The position numbers and the translations under genes are program-made. The notes under the pieces are model-generated. The model was not told where the DNA came from. It worked only from the letters and a program-made list of their open reading frames with translations, and did not search any database. Shown one piece after another: positions 61,081 to 64,000 of a stretch of DNA of 64,000 nucleotides (position 1 is its first letter; every line of letters starts with the position of its first letter). The DNA comes from an uncultured Gemmatimonadales bacterium (GTDB taxonomy: Bacteria > Gemmatimonadota > Gemmatimonadetes > Gemmatimonadales > GWC2-71-9): contig CAVSQW010000015.1 of NCBI GenBank assembly GCA_963730185.1, positions 352,001 through 416,000 of the forward strand, in the 5' to 3' direction.

Positions 61081-62246
61081 GCCGCTACGGGGTTGGCGAG
61101 GCGGCGCTGCAGGGTGTCGAGCAGGGCCGAGGTCAGGTCCCAGAGGCGGATCCCGTCCGCGTTGGTCATCGCCACCACCGCGCTACGGTCCGAGCGGTCG
61201 AGCATCAAATCGGTGCTGAACCCCCGATCACCGCCGCTGTGCCAGGCCAGCCGGTGCCCGTTCCGCTCCGGCAGGAACCAGCCCAGTCCCATCACCAGCC
61301 GTGAGAACGGGAAAGTGAGTCCGCTCTCCTTTGCCCGGGCCTGGAGGTCCGTGGTGATGTCGCGCTCCTCGTGCCAGAGGCGGTCGTAGGCCGAGTCGGG
61401 CAGGATGGTGGCGCCGTCGAGCGAGCCCCGCCCCAGGTTGATCGCTGCCCACCGGAGCATGTCGTCCACGTTGGAGTGGAGGGTCGAGCTTCCCGCGTGG
61501 CGCCGATTGTAGGGATAGACGTCGGCGGGGTGGTACCGGCCGGTCGAGTCCGCGCTGTGGCCCTGCGCCAGGAGGGTCGAGTCGACGTCCGTCATGAGGA
61601 AGGTGCTCTTCCGCATCCCGGCCGGGCTGAGGATTCGCGCTTGGACGTAGTCCTCGAAGGGTTGCCCGGAGACGGTGGCCACCAGGTCGGCGAGGAGCTC
61701 GAAGCCGATGTTGCTGTACCGCCAGCCCTCGCCCGGGGCCGCGATGAGGGTGGAGTCGGCCAGGCCGCGGATGTACCGCTCCAGGGCGCCGTCGTCGTAT
61801 TCCGGATGCGCCCAGCGATAGTCGGTCACGTCGGGTAAGCCGGCCGAGTGGGTCAGCACCTGGCGTACGGTAATCGCCGACGCCCGCGGGTCGCGCATCC
61901 GGAAGTAGGGCACGGAGCGGGCGACCGGGGCGTCGAGGTCCACCTGGCCGGCCTCGACCAACTGCATGACGGCGGTCGCCACGAAGGTCTTGCTGATCGA
62001 CGCCATGTGGAAGAGCGTCGCCGGCGTGACCGGTTGGCCGTGGTCGAGCGATGTCGTGCCCCGCCCGGCCCGGTACACCACCTGCCCGTCGCGCAGGACG
62101 CCCACGGCCAGCCCCGGAAGGTGATGGGCTTCGGCGAACCGGGCGACCGTCCCGCCGAGCCGGCTCTCGAGGTCGGCGTTGCCAGGGCGAGCCGGCGCAC
62201 AGCCGAGGAGTGCCAGGGCCAAGGCGAACGAGAGGGCGCGGATCAC
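60999..62246 (-). CDS. Serine hydrolase, beta-lactamase/PBP-like (AmpC-type fold), probable lipoprotein; true stop probably at 61085
   Basis: GTG 62246, 'LLGC'; SxxK 'SISK', 'LTHSAG', YxN 'YSN', 'HSG'; removing one base from the G run at 61089-61092 gives TAG at 61087-61085 and removes the overlap with the permease. Confidence 0.88.
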   Translation of the reverse strand: MIRALSFALALALLGCAPARPGNADLESRLGGTVARFAEAHHLPGLAVGVLRDGQVVYRAGRGTTSLDHGQPVTPATLFHMASISKTFVATAVMQLVEAGQVDLDAPVARSVPYFRMRDPRASAITVRQVLTHSAGLPDVTDYRWAHPEYDDGALERYIRGLADSTLIAAPGEGWRYSNIGFELLADLVATVSGQPFEDYVQARILSPAGMRKSTFLMTDVDSTLLAQGHSADSTGRYHPADVYPYNRRHAGSSTLHSNVDDMLRWAAINLGRGSLDGATILPDSAYDRLWHEERDITTDLQARAKESGLTFPFSRLVMGLGWFLPERNGHRLAWHSGGDRGFSTDLMLDRSDRSAVVAMTNADGIRLWDLTSALLDTLQRRLANPVAAYPSAVAPLRRISSNDSPRRASTARRM

Positions 62247-62440
62247 GGCAGTCTCCTGAAGGCGCAACCGGTCTGGGCCAAACGGGCGGACCCGCCCGCC
62301 CAGACCCGATCCTGGGCGGGCTTGGCGAATATCGGAGTCGGATCGGGGAGGGTCAACCGCCTCGGGTCCCCGGCGAGGGTCCGGCGGACTAGATTTGCCG
62401 CCACGCGCATTCAACCTCCTCCGACCGGACCCGGACTCAA

Positions 62441-63706
62441 ATGCCACGGACTCGATCGCTTCTCCTCGGTCTCTCGCTGATGGCAGCCTCGCCGCTCCTG
62501 GCCCAGAGCAGCGAGGCGAACCTGGCGCTCGCCCGGAAGGTGCTGTCCACCACGCCCCTGATCGACGGCCACAACGACCTGCCCTGGCGGATTCGCGAGG
62601 ACAAGAGCATGCCGGCCGACGTGGAGGCGTACGACCTCCGCCGGCATGTCCCGGGGATGACCGACTTTGCCCGGCTCAAAGAGGGCATGCTGGGCGGGCA
62701 GTTCTGGTCGGTCTACATCCCGGGCGAGATCAAGGATTCGGGCTACGCCCGGGTGCAGCTCGAGCAGATCGACATCGCCCGGCGGATCATCGAGAAGTAC
62801 CCCGACCAACTGGACCTCTGCACCACCGCGCTCTGCGTCCGCCGGACCTTCGCGGAGGGGCGGATCGGCTCGATGTTGGGGATGGAGGGCGGGCACGCGA
62901 TCGAAAACTCGCTCGGCGCGCTCCGGGCCTACTACGATCTCGGCGCCCGGTACATGACGCTGACCCACAACGTCACCCTCGACTGGGCCGACGCAGCCCT
63001 CGACAAGCCGGTGCACGGTGGGCTCACCCCCTTCGGCCAGGAAGTGGTCCGGGAGATGAACCGGCTCGGCATGCTGGTCGACCTCTCCCACACCTCGCCG
63101 GGCACGATGTCCGACGCGCTGACGGCCGCCGAAGCGCCGGTGATCTTCTCGCACTCGGCCGCCCGGGCCCTGGTGGATCATCCCCGGAACGTGCCCGACT
63201 CGATCCTCCGGCGGCTGCCGGCCAACGGCGGGGTGGTGATGGTCACCTTCGTCGACGTGTTCGTCTCGCCTCGGCTCAAGGCCTGGTCGGACCGGAACGA
63301 CTCGGTGGCGAAGGAGCTGATGAAGCGATCCTCGGACCGGGCCTCCCAGCGCCGGGAGCTCGATCGCTGGCGCGCGGCCAATCCCCGGCCGTCGGTCAAG
63401 CTCACCGAGGTGGCGGACCACATCGATCACATCCGGCAGGTGGCCGGAGTGGATCACGTGGGCATCGGCAGCGACTTCGACGGGATCGAGACGGTGATCG
63501 ACGGCCTCGAGGACACCTCGACCTTCCCGGCCCTCTTCGCCGAGCTGGCCCGGCGCGGGTGGACCGAGGGCGATCTCCGAAAGCTCGCCGGGGAGAACAT
63601 CCTCCGGGTCATGGAGCAGGCCGAGAAGGTGGCGGCCCGGCTCCGCAAGGAACGGCCGGCCTCGACCAAGACGATCCAGCAGCTGGACAGCGCGCTCAAG
63701 ACCTGA
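62441..63706 (+). CDS. Secreted membrane dipeptidase (M19, renal dipeptidase family)
   Basis: 'IDGHNDLP', 'QFWSVY', 'GMEGGH', 'TLTH', 'DLSH', 'FSHS', 'RNVPD', 'GSDFDG'. Confidence 0.95.
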   Translation: MPRTRSLLLGLSLMAASPLLAQSSEANLALARKVLSTTPLIDGHNDLPWRIREDKSMPADVEAYDLRRHVPGMTDFARLKEGMLGGQFWSVYIPGEIKDSGYARVQLEQIDIARRIIEKYPDQLDLCTTALCVRRTFAEGRIGSMLGMEGGHAIENSLGALRAYYDLGARYMTLTHNVTLDWADAALDKPVHGGLTPFGQEVVREMNRLGMLVDLSHTSPGTMSDALTAAEAPVIFSHSAARALVDHPRNVPDSILRRLPANGGVVMVTFVDVFVSPRLKAWSDRNDSVAKELMKRSSDRASQRRELDRWRAANPRPSVKLTEVADHIDHIRQVAGVDHVGIGSDFDGIETVIDGLEDTSTFPALFAELARRGWTEGDLRKLAGENILRVMEQAEKVAARLRKERPASTKTIQQLDSALKT

Positions 63707-63729
63707 TCTCGGGCCAAGCGGAGGTAGGC

Positions 63730-64000
63730 ATGCGGGCGATGGCGATGGGGGCGGTGCTCGCCCTGATGGTGGTCCAGGTGGCCTCGGGGCAGTCGGAGGC
63801 CGATCTCCGGCGCTACTTCGAGGGGCGGACCGTGGTGGTGAAGCTCGATTTGCCAGGCACCGACGACGGCGTCGACGTGTATCCCGGCACGTCGCAGCCC
63901 GTCGATTTCCCGAAGCATGCCGGGCGGCTCAAGAAGTACGGCACCGCGATCCACCGGGGCGACGAGGCGCTGATCACCAAGCTCCGGGTCAAGAAGGACC
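63730..64000 (+). CDS. Secreted hypothetical protein, truncated by window end
   Basis: GGAGG then ATG 63730: 'MRAMAMGAVLALMVVQVASGQSEADLRRYFEGRTVVVKLDLPGT...', open to the edge. Confidence 0.75.
   Translation, partial: MRAMAMGAVLALMVVQVASGQSEADLRRYFEGRTVVVKLDLPGTDDGVDVYPGTSQPVDFPKHAGRLKKYGTAIHRGDEALITKLRVKKD

Overview
High-GC bacterial chromosomal segment. Gemmatimonadota is the best guess, inferred from the SusC/SusD pairs in a GC-rich background, the BlaI/M56 pair and the many secreted amidohydrolases. Left part: truncated M56 peptidase with its BlaI-type repressor, DedA, an OmpR-type two-component system, tRNA-Ala(UGC), a lipoprotein and an orphan sigma54-driven pseudopilin. 8-20 kb: diaminopropionate ammonia-lyase, a secreted D-aminoacylase and a complete kynurenine/3-hydroxyanthranilate Trp catabolic cluster (3HAO, ACMSD, KynU, KMO, TDO, KynB, with a convergent RidA deaminase, aldehyde dehydrogenase and SDR). 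20-64 kb: four SusC/SusD pairs interleaved with amide/peptide/ester hydrolases, CoA ligases, a MetE-core/P450 pair and a permease, with no recognisable glycoside hydrolase, i.e. a PUL-like locus apparently for amides or peptides. Non-coding signals: a recurrent 12-bp-period TGTATMC operator, sigma54 promoters, a 13-bp inverted repeat upstream of susC1, and a family of G-rich heptamer arrays after stop codons. Five single-base frameshifts, mostly in homopolymers, are probably sequencing errors. No CRISPR array, integrase or transposase was recognised. All calls are from motif reading only; no database search was run.
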